This document shows positions 12,801 to 25,830 of a stretch of DNA of 64,000 nucleotides, one piece after another. Made by a program: the position numbers and the translations under genes. The DNA lies in assembly GCA_951406725.2 (NCBI GenBank), contig CATOCA020000001.1, forward strand, positions 3,906,001 to 3,970,000, in the 5' to 3' direction. The notes under the pieces are model-generated. The model had not been told where the DNA came from. It did no database searches and worked only from the letters and a program-made list of their open reading frames with translations. Every line of letters begins with the position of its first letter. Position 1 is the stretch's first letter. This stretch comes from Octopus vulgaris. Its lineage: Eukaryota.

Positions 12801-12896
12801 AAATGTGGAGGTTAGTGTAGTGGCTGGTTTTGTCTGTTGCAGGGGGTTTGGATTTTTTGTGTGTGTTAGTGGCAGCAATGTGGGAAATTGGTGCAC
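9861..12896 (-). CDS. LINE ORF2: APE endonuclease + reverse transcriptase, uninterrupted 1011 aa
   Basis: APE motifs LLNAQG, TETHL, GDFN, SDH. RT motifs NYRPISL, QHGFR, YLDFSKAFD, GVPQGTVLGP, FADD. C-terminal SLQRRRERY...IPDKP. Confidence 0.95.
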   Translation of the reverse strand: MHQFPTLLPLTHTKNPNPLQQTKPATTLTSTFLLNAQGVSPSINAQKWKVQFIEDWVGNHSHHIPFFILTETHLDNSHLEAEVRVKNFTTIRADRIGRRKGGTAIFPHDSFTADGNSIFSNGYRESVTVHNKANDLTVAGLYRPPQTPILCFKECINSIKCFIQQCHSSNLLMMGDFNLPCVDWTTNCLKPSTPASTADKEAAESLFDFTNEFFLSQLVLAPTRHQNILDLVFSKHTNTIHNVTVEKTLLSDHDMVLCNMKFHQPKANPSDLPPAHPFDNMDLHNANWDAIRNELSHVDWSVTHTHISTNHKTSWQIFVDTVTDICAKHSPSRPVNKKCRIPQNRKTIMRKIKRTNKKINKLKYCQQQHTHSPAIALLESKKYNLQQCMKTLINNQRSAEEKWAIEKIKLNPKVFFSFARKRRVTVSIVGPLIDETGTLQDNAKSMAEILQKQYCSVFSNPDMADLGCISDVNPQHTISDITFSAPDVLTAINEIKHNSEVGPDRFPACVLKVCRHQLASPLANLWRNSLDAGYIPKNLLSQSVVPVFKKGNKSLAVNYRPISLTSHIIKVFERVVRSRITQFLESNRRLISNQHGFRNGRDCLTQLLHHFDDILRALGEGSNTDVIYLDFSKAFDRVDHKILLKKLSNIGVSGKLLKWIKCFLTDRSQHVVVEGVKSSPAKVSSGVPQGTVLGPLLFIIYINDINDIIKHSNIKIFADDSKLQKVINEASDRTCLQSDLLVVIQWAEKNNMLLNEDKFELIHFGKEDALKLPYSLPSGETLAASNNIRDLGVIVDNNISWATHINTKVDMARRMCSWILRTFQSGDIHTIILLFSTFARPHLEYCCPLWSPHTIQGIIKVEAPQRAITKMIDGMTGLDYWGRLEKLKLYSLQRRRERYIICMMWKIFHQHCPNDVGITFKVHPRLGPRAIRPKQKLHSHLITTIRHNYFTSIGPALFNITPKHIKTETDPIRFKKSLDRFLQEIPDKPPTPGYVSVNNNSLLEWAIVPKF

Positions 12897-13931
12897 TGGG
12901 GTAATAGCATAGGATGGTGTTGAGTGATGGCTAGAATATTTTTGTGTATCTCTTTTGCCATGTTCAACATGGCTAAAAAAGAATTTTCCTGCTTAGGGAG
13001 CTGTTTTTGGCTGGAGGTGTGGTTGCACTGTTGGATGGGGTTGTAGTTTCCACTTTTGTTGTTGTTGTTTTTGTGTCTTCCTGAAAAGACTGGACCAGCA
13101 TTACTGCAGCATGGTGTGTTTCTATCTTTATCTTTATTCAGGTTTGTGTGTTGGCTTGAAGCCCCGTTTCTGTTTGTGCGTCGGGTCCCTGGAAGATGAG
13201 TGAAGGGACAGTCACTCAGCAGACATGTTGTCTCACGTTGGGAATACCGGCAGATTTTGGGAATCCGAGTTGTGTGTGTTTTGAATTTCGATTTACTATT
13301 TGGTGGTGTTGATGTTATTGTGGGATGCATGCTTTGGCCTTGGCCGGTAGTGCGTCTAGTGCCGGGTAGATGCGTGAAGATGCAGTCACTATTTGTGCAG
13401 AGTCTCTGGCGCAGTGAATAGCGGCATATTTTGGGGTTTCTTGTTTGTGCCGTGGGGGGGCGCATTCTGCTTCCTATGTTTCTTTAAGTTTTTGTTACTG
13501 CAGTAGTATTGAGATGGTGATGTGGGGGAAGAGAGCAGTGGTTTCTTATTTGGTTTTTTGTTGGTATTTTTGGTGATAGAAGACGATGGTGGCAGCGGTG
13601 GTGATGATGATGATGATAATTGTGGTGGTTGCCGTGAGAGCGGTGAAAAGATACTGGCATTTAGTGAATCATCTAGTATGCTAGAGTTGAGGAGTGGCTG
13701 TTGTTGTTGTTGTTGTGCTTGACCGATGTTAGGGTCAGCCATTGTGCTGGGAACCAGGAGTGGTTCATTCTGTAGTTGTTGTTGTTGTGGCTGCTGATTT
13801 TCTAGCTGTTGCTGTTCTTGAACAGTGAAAATATAAAGAAGCTTTTCAAAATGGCCTTTTGTCAGTTTGAAAGATACTTCGATATGTTTCAGTTTGCTAC
13901 GAATCTGTTTGACGTATCGTGTGTTGATCAC
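12866..13931 (-). CDS. LINE ORF1, split by a 1-nt frameshift; Q/S/P-rich region and two Cys/His repeats
   Basis: ORFs 13389-13931 and 12866-13465 join if one base is removed from the G7 run at 13454-13460. Contains KICRYS-x5-C-x4-C-xFTHLPGTRR twice. Confidence 0.75.
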
Positions 13932-14847
13932 TTGTGATGTTTTTCGGCAATCTCATTCAAACACAAAACATTTAAATTTTCTGTTTGGGAAAGAGAGAAC
14001 CAAGTGTTTATTAAAACATCAATTTCATTATCAGACCAATTTCGTCTGTTGCAGGCCTGCAAGTTAGTCATGTTTGTTTTTCTTTTGATTTTTGATATAT
14101 ATATATATATATATTCTTTCTTGGGAGTTAAAGAAGTGTATCTATATATAAATGGTCTCTCTTAAGGGTGTGAGTTTTTGATTATTTGGTTGTTTGAGGA
14201 TATTAAAAGAAAAACAAGTGTATATAACAATTTGTAGTTAAATAAAAACGTACTTACGGGTTTGTAGGCAAACACGTGGTTACAAATATATATATATTTA
14301 AGGTCAGAAAAGTTTTGAAGCTGTGTAGCTTGCTACTGACTTGGGAGAGAAACAAATAGACGTCCGTCCAGTTCAACAGAGGCACTACACTATACTATAT
14401 ATATATGAATATATACACTACACTATACTATATATATATATGAATATATACACTACACTACACTATATATATATGAATATGTATATATATATATATACAT
14501 ATATATTATGGCTGCCTCCTCGTTATCGAGTATACCCATTGCACGAAGCTTAACTCTTACTGGTGCTGTGATCGAATGTGACTTTTTAGCCTGTCTTGTA
14601 CAGAATTGGCAACTAAAACCTTTACTGGTAATAGCCAGGTGTAGTTGTAACTGGGCTTCATGTACCTTTGCATATCGTTTAATCCTCCTGCCGAATTACA
14701 CTCTCTTCCCCATGCCCGACAGATATGATTAGTATGGTGTGTTACACCACCACCAGTGGCCTGGTTGTCACTCATCTGACTCGCTTTATGACTACGAAGA
14801 TGATTCTTTAGTACATATATATACATATATATGTATATATAAATATG

Positions 14848-14923
<76 letters not shown>

Positions 14924-14990
14924 CATATATATGTATATATATATGTATACATATATATATGTTTGTATATATATATATATATGTGTGTGT

Positions 14991-15140
14991 GGAGGCGCAA
15001 TGGCCTAGTGGTTAGGGCAGCGGACTCGCGGTCGAAGGATCGCGGTTTCGATTCGAAGGCGTCATTCGAAGGCTAAAACAATGCGAACGCATTGTGACCA
15101 GGGATGTGTAACAACATCTGATGGTCTGGTCGGTCACGTG
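14991..15140 (+). mobile_element. Internally deleted SINE family B
   Basis: Head joined directly to tail at attcgaaggc microhomology. Confidence 0.7.
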
Positions 15141-15169
15141 ATATATATGTATGTATATATGTATGTATA

Positions 15170-15218
<49 letters not shown>

Positions 15219-15254
15219 ATATATATATGTATATATATATATATATAAATACAT

Positions 15255-15471
15255 ACTCTTTACTCTTTTACTCTTTTACTTGTTTCAGTCATTTGACTGC
15301 GGCCATGCTGGAGCACCGCCTTTAGTCGAGCAAATCGACCCCGGGACTTATTCTTTGTAAGCCCAGTACTTATTCTATCAGTCTCTTTTGCCGAACCGCT
15401 AAGTGACGGGGACGTAAACACACCAGCATCGGTTGTCAAGCAATGCTAGGGGGACAAACACAGACACACAA

Positions 15472-15502
<31 letters not shown>

Positions 15503-15675
15503 CATATATACGACAGGCTTCTATCAGTTTCCGTCTACCAAATCCACTCACAAGACATTGGTCGGCCCGGGGCTATAGCAGAAGACACTTGCCCAAGATG
15601 CCACGCAGTGGGACTGAACCTGGAACCATGTGGTTGGTTAGCAAGCTACTTACCACACAGCCTCTCCTGCGCCTA
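15255..15675 (-). mobile_element. SINE family A
   Basis: Reverse complement of the 5103 family, full length. Confidence 0.85.
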
Positions 15676-16002
15676 TATATATACATGACTGTTTATTCCT
15701 ATTTTCTACAAGTGGTGAATTACAGGGATATGTCGTATGTGGTGTCCCACTTGTAGAAAATATAAATAAACAGTTTTGACTGCTATTTCTAATTTTTTGG
15801 TATGCGGCCAAGGAACCTGTTGCCTGCCCCATTTATTTATATACAATATTTATACTAAACTTTACAGAAGTTCCTACCGTTCATCGGTTATATTTACATA
15901 CCGAATTCTACCAGTAAATAATTGTTGGTTTTTTAAAAACCATTATAGGAATTACTTACTCTTATTATTATATATATAAGTATATATATATATGCATATG
16001 TG

Positions 16003-16087
<85 letters not shown>

Positions 16088-16184
16088 GTATATATATATG
16101 TGTGTATATATATGTGTGTATATGTATATATATATGTATATATATATGTATATATGTATGTATATATGTATATATGTATATATA

Positions 16185-16219
<35 letters not shown>

Positions 16220-16317
16220 GATATTAATATATATATATAAATAACGTAAGTTCTTTGTATGCATATATATAGCATGTATATATTAATATACAAATATGTG
16301 TATTTAGAATATACATA

Positions 16318-17394
16318 CTAGCAAGTCACCCGGCCTTCGCCTCGGTATGCACTGTACACAAATCTCTTCAAAAGGCATCTTTCGTAATGCTTATCTATAA
16401 AATCTCAGCTAAAGGCTACTAGTCGCCACTCTTCACAAGAAAACGTCCTAAATTGCAAACTGACTTGCAGTTGGTCAGATATTTCCTGTTCTCTGGAACA
16501 TTCATTTCTATCTGCGTTACTTTGAAGTTGTTCTGTTAACGTATATTCAGTTAAGCTGGTTTTTCTATTGGTTTCAGACTCCAACCTTTGTCAATTCTCC
16601 CCTGGTGTTTCGTGTCACACCTGGTGGACTTGTCTACTCGTTTGAAACTGGCCTTTTTACTTCTCGTTGCTGTTGTATCTCCACGGCATTTCTTTGTCCC
16701 TTACACTGGTGCCTGTCTTTCTTCTTGTGTTTCCATAACCCTTCGACTTTCGGAGCGTTGGGCTTCGGATGACAGAAAAATGTTATGTTATCTTCTACGA
16801 TTCATACTGTTTGTCCTGAAGTAAAATGTTTAAAACATCAAAAATAAATCCCGTAACATGCAATTCATTTTTGTCGTTTATAAATTCACTCACGTGACTT
16901 TATTTCATTCGTTTACCAAACTTCATAAAAATCGGTCCAGTAAATGTTCCTCTATCTTTATATATACATTTGTATGTTTATGTGTGTGTATGTATGTGTG
17001 CATGCATAGGAAATAGATTAATTTAGTATAGACTAATAATAAAGGACTGAAACTGAACCAGTGCGTGTGTTAATAATGTTGGCATATGACCCTCCCAAGA
17101 CAAAAAAAAACAGTTCATATATGTATATATTTTTATATTTAGTCACCAACCATATGGTTCCGGGTTCGATCCCGTCAAACTATGGCATTTCACTCCCATA
17201 ACTTAGTGGTTCGCTTAAAGATACTGATGAAATAAGTATTAGGCTGAATAAACGCACCGGGGTCGGTTTGTTCTGCCAAAACCCTTGAAGGCGGTGCTCC
17301 AGCATGGCTGCGGTCTAATGCCCGAAACAAGTAAAACAATAAAAAATAAGAATACGCATGCGTGTGTGTTTGTGTGTGAGGGCGCGCGTGTGTA

Positions 17395-17425
<31 letters not shown>

Positions 17426-17870
17426 TTGCGTGTGGGTATGTGAGTGTGTGTGCGCTTGTGTGCGTGTGTGCGTGCGTGTGTTTGTGCGTGCGTTCGCGTG
17501 TGTGTGTGTGTGTGTATATGTGTGCGTGTGTATGTGGGCGTGTGTGTGTATGTGTGTGTGTGCCTTTGAGTGTGTGAAACCGATGACGTCATGTTGCCTG
17601 TATTTAGCGTCTCTAACTGTAACTCCCTCCCACTCCTTTTGTTGTTTTAGCTTTCTTTTTTCCCCAGCGTAACTGACCTGTCCATAAAATATCTTTACAA
17701 CTTCCACACTTTCGAGCTTCAAATTGTAAAGGTAATTTCCCGACACCAAACCCGTTTTGACAGACTAATGAAGGTCACGTCAATTGAAATCACACGAAAC
17801 AACTGACCTCTTAGTAATTTTTGTCTGGTGAAAATAGCGGTCAACGTACAAACTTTGATTTTTAAAAGTA
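16318..17870 (-). mobile_element. Helitron-like element (3' CTAG and hairpin at 16318) with nested SINE and (TG)n
   Basis: a|ctagcaagtcacccggccttcgcctcggt. A homologous end lies at 31631. The 5' boundary is approximate. Confidence 0.55.
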
Positions 17871-17875
17871 TATGT

Positions 17876-17949
<74 letters not shown>

Positions 17950-17959
17950 ATGTGTGTGT

Positions 17960-18272
17960 ATCACCGTGATCACTGTGACCGACCAGGCTATCAGACGTTG
18001 CTACACATCGCTGGTCACAATGCGCTTCGCATTGTTTCAGCCTTCGAATGACGCCACCCCACTGGCTAAGCGAGCAGGCCAACAGAAGAAAGAGTGAGAG
18101 AAAGTTGTGGTGAAAGAGTACAGCAGGGATCGCCACCACCCCCTGCTGGAGCCTCGTGGAGCGTTTTAGGTGTTATCGCTCAATAAACACTCACAACGCC
18201 CGGTCTGGGAATCGAAATCGCGATCCTACAACTGCGAGTCCGCTGCCCTAACCATTGGGCCACTTTGCCTCC
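17960..18272 (-). mobile_element. SINE family B
   Basis: Reverse complement of 6449-6757. Confidence 0.82.
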
Positions 18273-18949
18273 ATACACACACACACGCACGCACACACAC
18301 ACACCAACATATATATATATTGTATATATATATATATATATTAAAAGCATATATATGTATATACAAATTTACAGGAAACAAAAGACGAAGACAGGTCAGG
18401 TGATGGCACAACAAGGTGTATGAGTTTGACACTCGGGAAAATGGAGAAGTCTTTGTTGATCGGAGCCTTCGCTCTTCGACAGAAAGGATTGAGTGGCGGA
18501 GATGTAGTCAGAAAGAAAATATACAATTCCTTTCCCATTGCTGTAAATGGTTAACCCTACGACAGACTGGACTTCATAATGTTGGCCTGCTTTCTTAACC
18601 AGTGGGGTAACATCATCCGAATGCTAAAATGATGCAAAGCGCATTGTGTTTAGTGATGTGTAACCTCTGACTGTGTGTTCGATCACCTTACAACTGCACG
18701 GTTTGTAACACTTGCGACTTGAGCGGACCATCGTAGATTTGTGTGGGGGTATTCTGCGACGATGTCCTTCACTTCATTGATATCCGCGTTCCAGGTGTGA
18801 TCTCTTGGCCAGATTCCCAACATCAACGTTTCCATGGATCTCTGCGCTGTAAGCAGTTGTTACCTCTTCAACAAGGCCCAAGTCTCACATGTGTATAGCA
18901 TTACAGGAAAGTGTGTGCTGCTGAAGTGATTGGTGTGAATGGCCTTGTC

Positions 18950-19260
18950 TAGCTTCTAAGTCTCGCTGACAACATAGCGCTGAGAGCAGAGAACAGCGAC
19001 CAGCTGCAGACCATGATGGACGAACTAAATTTCAGGGGTTCGGCACTCGGCTTCTAAGATCAATCTTATGAAAACCAAGTACACACAGTCTGAAGGCACA
19101 CCAATTGGTCAGCCATCAGTCGGGGCGATGAAATAGAAGAGATGGACAGCGATGTGTATCTTGGTCAAGAAGTGACTAGAGGCGAGAGATGGAGAATGAG
19201 ATGTCGCGAAGGTTAAGAGCAGGATGGAGAGCATTCACCTCACTGAACGATGTGCTGAAG
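18950..19260 (+). pseudogene. Degenerate RTE-type reverse transcriptase fragment
   Basis: 'LADNIAL...QLQTMMDEL', 'VYLGQE', 'ENEMSRRLRAGWRAF' across frameshifts. Confidence 0.65.
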
Positions 19261-19312
19261 GTATACATACATCCATCCATCCATACATACATACATACAT
19301 ACATACATACAT

Positions 19313-19376
<64 letters not shown>

Positions 19377-19862
19377 CATCATGTAATTAAATGATCGATT
19401 TCACTGTGTCAGATGTTACACATCACTGGTCACAATGTGCTTTGCATCGTTTTACGTTTTCAATGATGCCACTCCACTGGTTAGGAAAGCAGGCGAACAT
19501 TCGGAAGTCTTGGGAAAGGAAGGGCATTGCAAGAATCAAACCCACGATCTAGCTGTTGTGAGGGTAACACCCGAATCACTATGCCATACAGCTACTCACA
19601 CATGTAAACGAGAATACACATACATAGACTTATATATGTACGTTTATGCATATAAAGCAATCATTTTACACCTTTTCTCCATACTACCATGGGTTGTATA
19701 AGTATAATATTGATCCATTCTTTCTGCATCTGGATCCTCTTCATGTTATTAACCCTTACCTGTTGTTCAAGGGATCACTTATTCCAATGGTTTGTCTATT
19801 AACAGGGAAAATGATAATCTCATCGTTCATACCTGAGCAATTTTCGGTAAAGGCAAATGGAA

Positions 19863-19920
<58 letters not shown>

Positions 19921-21081
19921 ACACATAGAAGAAGGTACTTGCCCAAGGTGTCATACAGTGGGCCAAAACTTGTGGTTGGCGTTTGGAAGGGCATCCAGCT
20001 GTAAAATCCATGCCAAAATAGACAGTAGCCCAGGGTAGTTTTTTCTACCTGGATGGCTCCTGTCACCCATCTTACTCATAAATGCATGGAAGGTGGACGG
20101 TATGTGGTGATGATGATGATGATTGCCGTGGCACGAAAAAAGCACCAACCGATCGTGGTCGTTGCCAGCCTCCCCTGGCACATAAAAAGCACCCACTACA
20201 CTCACGGAGTGGTTGGCGTTAACTAGCAAACGAGTTTGTTATTATTATCTGTTTTGTTAGTTTATTTTGTCTCTCTTCTCTTCTCTCCTGGTGTGAACAT
20301 TTAATGTGGTTTTAGACTCAAGTTTTGGCTGCTATGTCTAGTATGATGGTATCTCTTAGATACTCTTTTTCATAATTTTAATAATTTCGTGTATATATAT
20401 ACATGATTTGTGTATAATTATATGTGGTATATGTATATAACATGTTCCAGCTGGGGCGTGTTTGAACAATTCAGACGAATAGAAGCCATATGTATTGAAA
20501 TCTAAATTTTTGTCTACTCTCCATGTTTAAAATTTTATGGAAAGCGACAAGAAAATGCGTGGGTGAGAATGATAGAGAGAGAGAGAGTGGAAGAGTAATA
20601 GAATAAGAGATCAAGAGAGGGTGAAATAGATAGAATGGAAGGTAGAGGGGAGAAATAGATACATATATAATTAGACTTAGAGTGAGGGAGAGAATAAAAC
20701 AGGTAGACGATCTAGTTTATCTAATCCCCCTCTCTATAAAGCTGTTCAATGTTCATTCTCACTCTCTTTTTGACTCTTCCTCACTCTCTGTCTGACTCTC
20801 TCCCAGCAAAGAAGGACATTGTGGAAGACAATTTAAATGCTAGAAATAGCAGCAAAACAACACCTTAGAAATATGCTATGATGATTTTAACAATATATAT
20901 ATATATATTTATTTATATATATATATGTATATATATGTGTGTGTGTGTATATATATACATGTATATATGTGTGTATATATATATCTATATATTTACATAT
21001 ATATATATATGTGTGTGTGCATATATATATATGTATGTATATGTGTATGTATATATATATATATTTATATACATGCAAGTA

Positions 21082-21112
<31 letters not shown>

Positions 21113-21135
21113 GTATGTATATATGTATGTATATA

Positions 21136-21231
<96 letters not shown>

Positions 21232-21521
21232 TTCATAGTTGTTATTTCGTCAACCCTGAAATGATAAAGTAGTGTTGGCATTAATAGAATTCGAACCCAG
21301 AATGTGAGCTCCCAGCAAATAGCTATAAATAATACCAACAGGATATGTGGTTATCAAGACATAGCAGTAATTGAGGCTGTGTGTGTGTGTGCCCGTGCAT
21401 GCATGTGGGCGACTGTTTCGATTTTTTGTGTTTGTGTATGTGTATATATATGCGCATGTATGTATGTATATATATATCTATATATCATACTCTCTCCCTA
21501 TATATATATCTATTTTATATA

Positions 21522-21576
<55 letters not shown>

Positions 21577-22394
21577 CGATGTACTTGTGCTCATAATAAT
21601 ATATTTATATATACAAATATATACATTCATATATAGAAAGCTGAAAAGTGACACGTGGCTGTGTGGTGAGAAGCTTGCTTACCTACCACATTGTTCTGAG
21701 TTCAATCTCACTGCGTGGCACCTTTGGTGAGTGTCTTATTCTATAGCCACGGGCTGACCCGATCCTTGTGAGTAGATTTGGTAGACGGAAACTGAAAGAA
21801 GCCCATCGGATGTATATATATGTGTTTGTGCTAGCGTTTAACAACGCACTATCGCTTCACAACCAATGCTGTTGTGTTTAGGTCCCCGTAACTTTGCGGT
21901 TCGGCAAAAGGTACCGATAGAATAACTACTAGATTTAAAAAGCATGCAAATACATACATATATACGCACATATACATACACATATATATACATATATAAA
22001 TAGTAAATAAAGTTACTTCTGTTGGCAGCTAGACGCATGGGAACAGTCTACCTTGGCATATATATTCCGCATATGGACGGGACAACAGTCCATCGCAGGG
22101 TGAGTCATTCTTGTCAAGGAATGTGAAATAAAGTCCAACTCATCGCAAATGTTCATTAAACTAAAACACGTAAAGCTCTTCGAGGCTCCAGCAAGGGCTG
22201 GTGGCGAACCCTGCTGTATTATTTCACCACAACTTTCTCTCACTCTGTCTTCCTGTTTCTGTTGTACCTGTATTTCAAAGGGGCCAGCCATGTCACACTA
22301 TGTGTCACGCTGAATCTCACCGAGAACTACGTTAAGGGTACACGTGTCTGTGGAGTACTCAGCTACTTGCATATTAATTTCACGAAGAGTCTAA

Positions 22395-22970
22395 GGCGGC
22401 GTGCTGGCAGAAACGTTAGCCCGCCTGGCGAAATACTTAGCAGTATTTCGTCTGCCGCTACGTTCTGAGTTCAAATTCCGCCGAGGTCGACTTTACCTTT
22501 CATTCATTCGAGGTCAATAAATTAAGTACCAGTTACGCACTGGGGTCGATATAATCGACTTAATCAGTTTGTCCTTGTTCGTCCCCTCTGTGCATAGCTC
22601 CCTGTTGGTAGTAAAGAAATAGATATTTCGTCTGTCTTTACTTTCTGAGTTCCAATTCCGCCGAGGTCGACTTTCCCTTTCATCGTTTCGGGGTCGATTA
22701 AATAAGGGCCAGTTACGCACTGGGGTCGATATAATCGACTTAATACCTATGTCTGTCATTGTTTGTCCCCTCTCTGTTTAGCCCCCTGTTGGTAGTAAAG
22801 AAGTAGGTATTTCGTCTGTCTTTACTTTCTGAGTTCCAATTCCGTCGAGGTCGACTTCGCCTTTCATCCTTTCGGGGTGGATAAATCAAGTATAAGTTCC
22901 GTACTGGTGTAGATCTAATCGATGGCCCACTCCCCTAAAATTTCGGACCTTGTGTCTAGAGTAGAAAAGA
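22395..22970 (+). mobile_element. SINE family C with its internal domain triplicated (~180-bp period)
   Basis: ggcagaaacgttagc head, then three copies of ttctgagttc..attccg.cgaggtcgactt..cctttcatc...ggggtcgat. Other copies at 27745-28140, 28400-28775 (-), 29250-29425, 40022-40220. Confidence 0.78.
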
Positions 22971-23099
22971 ATTTCACGAGTAGTCTTGTTGACTGGATCA
23001 ACTGGAAACCTCTTCGTCTCAACCGACGGAGTGCCATAGTAGTATATATGTACACGCACACACACATATCTATATATTCGTTTCTTTTCTTTTATTCGT

Positions 23100-23537
23100 T
23101 TCTTTTACTTGTTTCAGTCATTTGACTGCGGCCATGCTGGAGCACCGCCTTTAATCGAGCAACTCGACACCGGGACTTATTCTTTTGTAAGCCCAGTACT
23201 TATTTTATCGGTCTCTTTTGCCGAACCGCTAAGTAACGGGGACATAAACACACCAGCATCGGTTGTCAAGCAATGCTAGGGGGACAACCACAGACACAAA
23301 CACACACACGCATATATATATACATATATACGACGGGCTTCTTTCAGTTTCCGTCTACCAAATCCACTCACAAGGCTTTGGTCGGCCCGAGGCTATAGTA
23401 GAAGACACTTTCCCAAGGTGCCACGCAGTGGGACTGAACCCGGAACCATGTGGTTGGTAAACAAGCTACCTTCCACACAGCCACTCCTGCGCCTATACAG
23501 CCACTCCTGCGCCTATACAGCCACTCCTGCGCCTATA
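23100..23537 (-). mobile_element. SINE family A with its 5' 20-mer (cagccactcctgcgcctata) triplicated
   Basis: Direct reading; further family A copies at 21650, 25320, 31940, 42950, 49613, 50121. Confidence 0.85.
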
Positions 23538-23969
23538 TATACAAGATATATAAATATTATTAACGATAACGTTACTATCTAACAAGAATAAATGTTGATG
23601 ACGAAGCTGTTTTGGTTGAAAGGATCTGAAGAATTAGTAAGGAAGAAGATAGGAGCTTGTTACCATGGTGGATATTGATTTGATGGAAGTAAAACAGAAA
23701 TACTATAGGGTGCAACCCGTGCAAAGTAAAGGCCAAGAATAGATACAGAGGTATGGAAGTTAAGAGAGAAGTGGGCTCCAGATGCGGGAGTTGGACGGGG
23801 GCACATGTGAAATTAACTTTACATAATATCCAAGAGGATGTGTAGAAGTAACTCATAGTTTCTCTTCCTTGGGAGTGGGGTTTATGAGATTGTTTTTCCC
23901 TCACTCAAACTCTCCCTCTCTTTCACTCACACTCGTTCTCTCTGTGCCATTCTCTGTCCGTATCTTTTT

Positions 23970-24525
23970 ATGCGCCCTTTTCAAGCCTAGTCAGCGCTCA
24001 TGGGCCCGGTTTCCCGGTTTATGTGGCATATGTGTTCCCCAGCTGGACGGGACGCCAGTCCATCACAGCGTTACCAAAGAAACAGGAAGAAAGTATGAGA
24101 GAAAGTTGGGGCGAAAGAGTAGAACAGGGATTCGCCACCACACCCTGCCTGAGCCTCGTGGAGCATTAGGTGTTTTCGCTCAATAAACACACACAACACA
24201 CGGTCTGGTAATCGAAACCGCCATCCTCCGACCGCGATCCGCTCCCCTAACCACAGAGCCATTGCGCTTCCACAAAATAAATTCGCCCTTTTAAAGCCTA
24301 GACAGGCTCATGGGCCCGGTTTCCCGGTTTCAATGGCGCATGTGTTCCCCAGCTGGAGGGGTCGCCAGTCCATCGCAACGTTACTCATTTTTGCCAGCTG
24401 AGTGGACTGGAGCAACGTGAAATGAAGTGTTTTGCTCAAGAACCCAACGCGTCGCCCCGTCCAGGAATCGAAACCACCATCATGCGATCATGATGCTGAC
24501 ACCCTAACCACTAAGCCACGCGCCT
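23970..24525 (-). mobile_element. Two tandem SINE family B-related copies
   Basis: Both carry ggcccggtttcccggtt...cagctgga and tRNA-like heads at about 24272 and 24525. Confidence 0.7.
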
Positions 24526-25525
24526 ACACCCTACGTCCTTATATAAATAGAATAATCATCTACAAGGTGCACCTCGAGCAACAAATAATTCTGCTTACTA
24601 CAATTATAAGGTTTTAACTTTTGCTAATTAATTATATCGACGCCAAAGTTAATCTTGAGAGAATTGTATCGACCCTCAAATGATAAAAGGTGACGGGATT
24701 CGAACCCAGAATGTAAATTACCAAGGAATAGTTATAAATATTACTAACAAGTCATTGAGTGTGTATATAGTAGTAATTGTTAGTATGAAACAGGTGTGCC
24801 TGTGTGTGTGCGAATCGAAGAAAAGGTGTTTGTGTGACTTATGCCACAATAAGCGAAGAGTGTTGTTACACTTGACTTAACATTAACAACTGAAGTCGCT
24901 TTTATAAAAAAATTATACTTCTATCCCAGTAAACAACTCTATATACACCCACATCCATCTTTCTCTATATTCTTTTATTCGTTCCCCTATTTTTTGAGGC
25001 ATTTAACTGGACCCATGCGGCAGCACCGCCTCCAGTCGAACAAATCAATCCGGGTACATATCCGTTGTAAGCCGTGTACTTATCCTATCGGTCTGTTTTG
25101 CCGAACAGCTAAGTTACGCGGACATAAACACACCAGGGGAGAGAGAGAGAGAGAGAGAGAGTGAGAGAGAAGGAGAGAAAGAGCGTGTGAGGCTATTTAG
25201 GCAAGTGTGTTTACTGTAGCCTTGGGCCATCAAAATCTTGTGAGTGAATTTGGTGAACGGAAACTGAAAGAAGCCCGTCTTATATATATATATATATATG
25301 TCTCTTTTTTCTCTTTTCTCTTTTTCTCTTTTACTTGTTTCAGTCATTTGACTGTGGCCATGCTGGAGCACCGCCTTTAGTCGAGCCAATCGACCCTGGG
25401 ACTTATTCTTTGTTAGACTGCATCGGTCTCTTTTTGCCGAACCGCTAAGTGACGGAGACGTAAACGCACCAGCATCGGTTGTCAAGCAATGCTAGGGGGA
25501 CAAACACAGACACACAAGCACACAC

Positions 25526-25565
<40 letters not shown>

Positions 25566-25725
25566 GACAGGCTTCTTTCAGTTTCCGTCTACCAAATCCG
25601 CTCATAAGGCATTGGTCGGCCCGAGGCTATAGCAGAAAACACTTGCCCAAGATGCCACGCAGTGGGACTGAACCCGGAACCGTGTGGTTGGTAAGCAAGC
25701 TACTCACCACACAGCCACTCCTGCG

Positions 25726-25765
<40 letters not shown>

Positions 25766-25830
25766 GGAATAAATCCAAAATTGCAGGGAAAAATTAGATT
25801 TAGGATTAAATCCAATTTTATAGTATAAAT

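Larger units (their letters stand above)
9769..14390 (-). mobile_element. Near full-length CR1/L2-group non-LTR retrotransposon
   Basis: Putative 5' UTR with a ggacggacgtc motif, ORF1, overlapping ORF2, short 3' UTR and a (tatcaaag)3 tail inserted into (TA)n. Confidence 0.9.

Noticed and set aside
18445-18485. Hammerhead-like remnant (minus tcgaagagcgaaggctc)
   Set aside because: The core GAAA and CUGA are both disrupted.
5596-21730. Numerous [12 protein letters not shown] ORFs
   Set aside because: Translations of (TA)n and (CA)n microsatellites.
22440-22900. Regularly spaced repeats resembling a CRISPR array
   Set aside because: The 'spacers' are homologous to one another; this is a eukaryotic SINE internal triplication with no cas genes.
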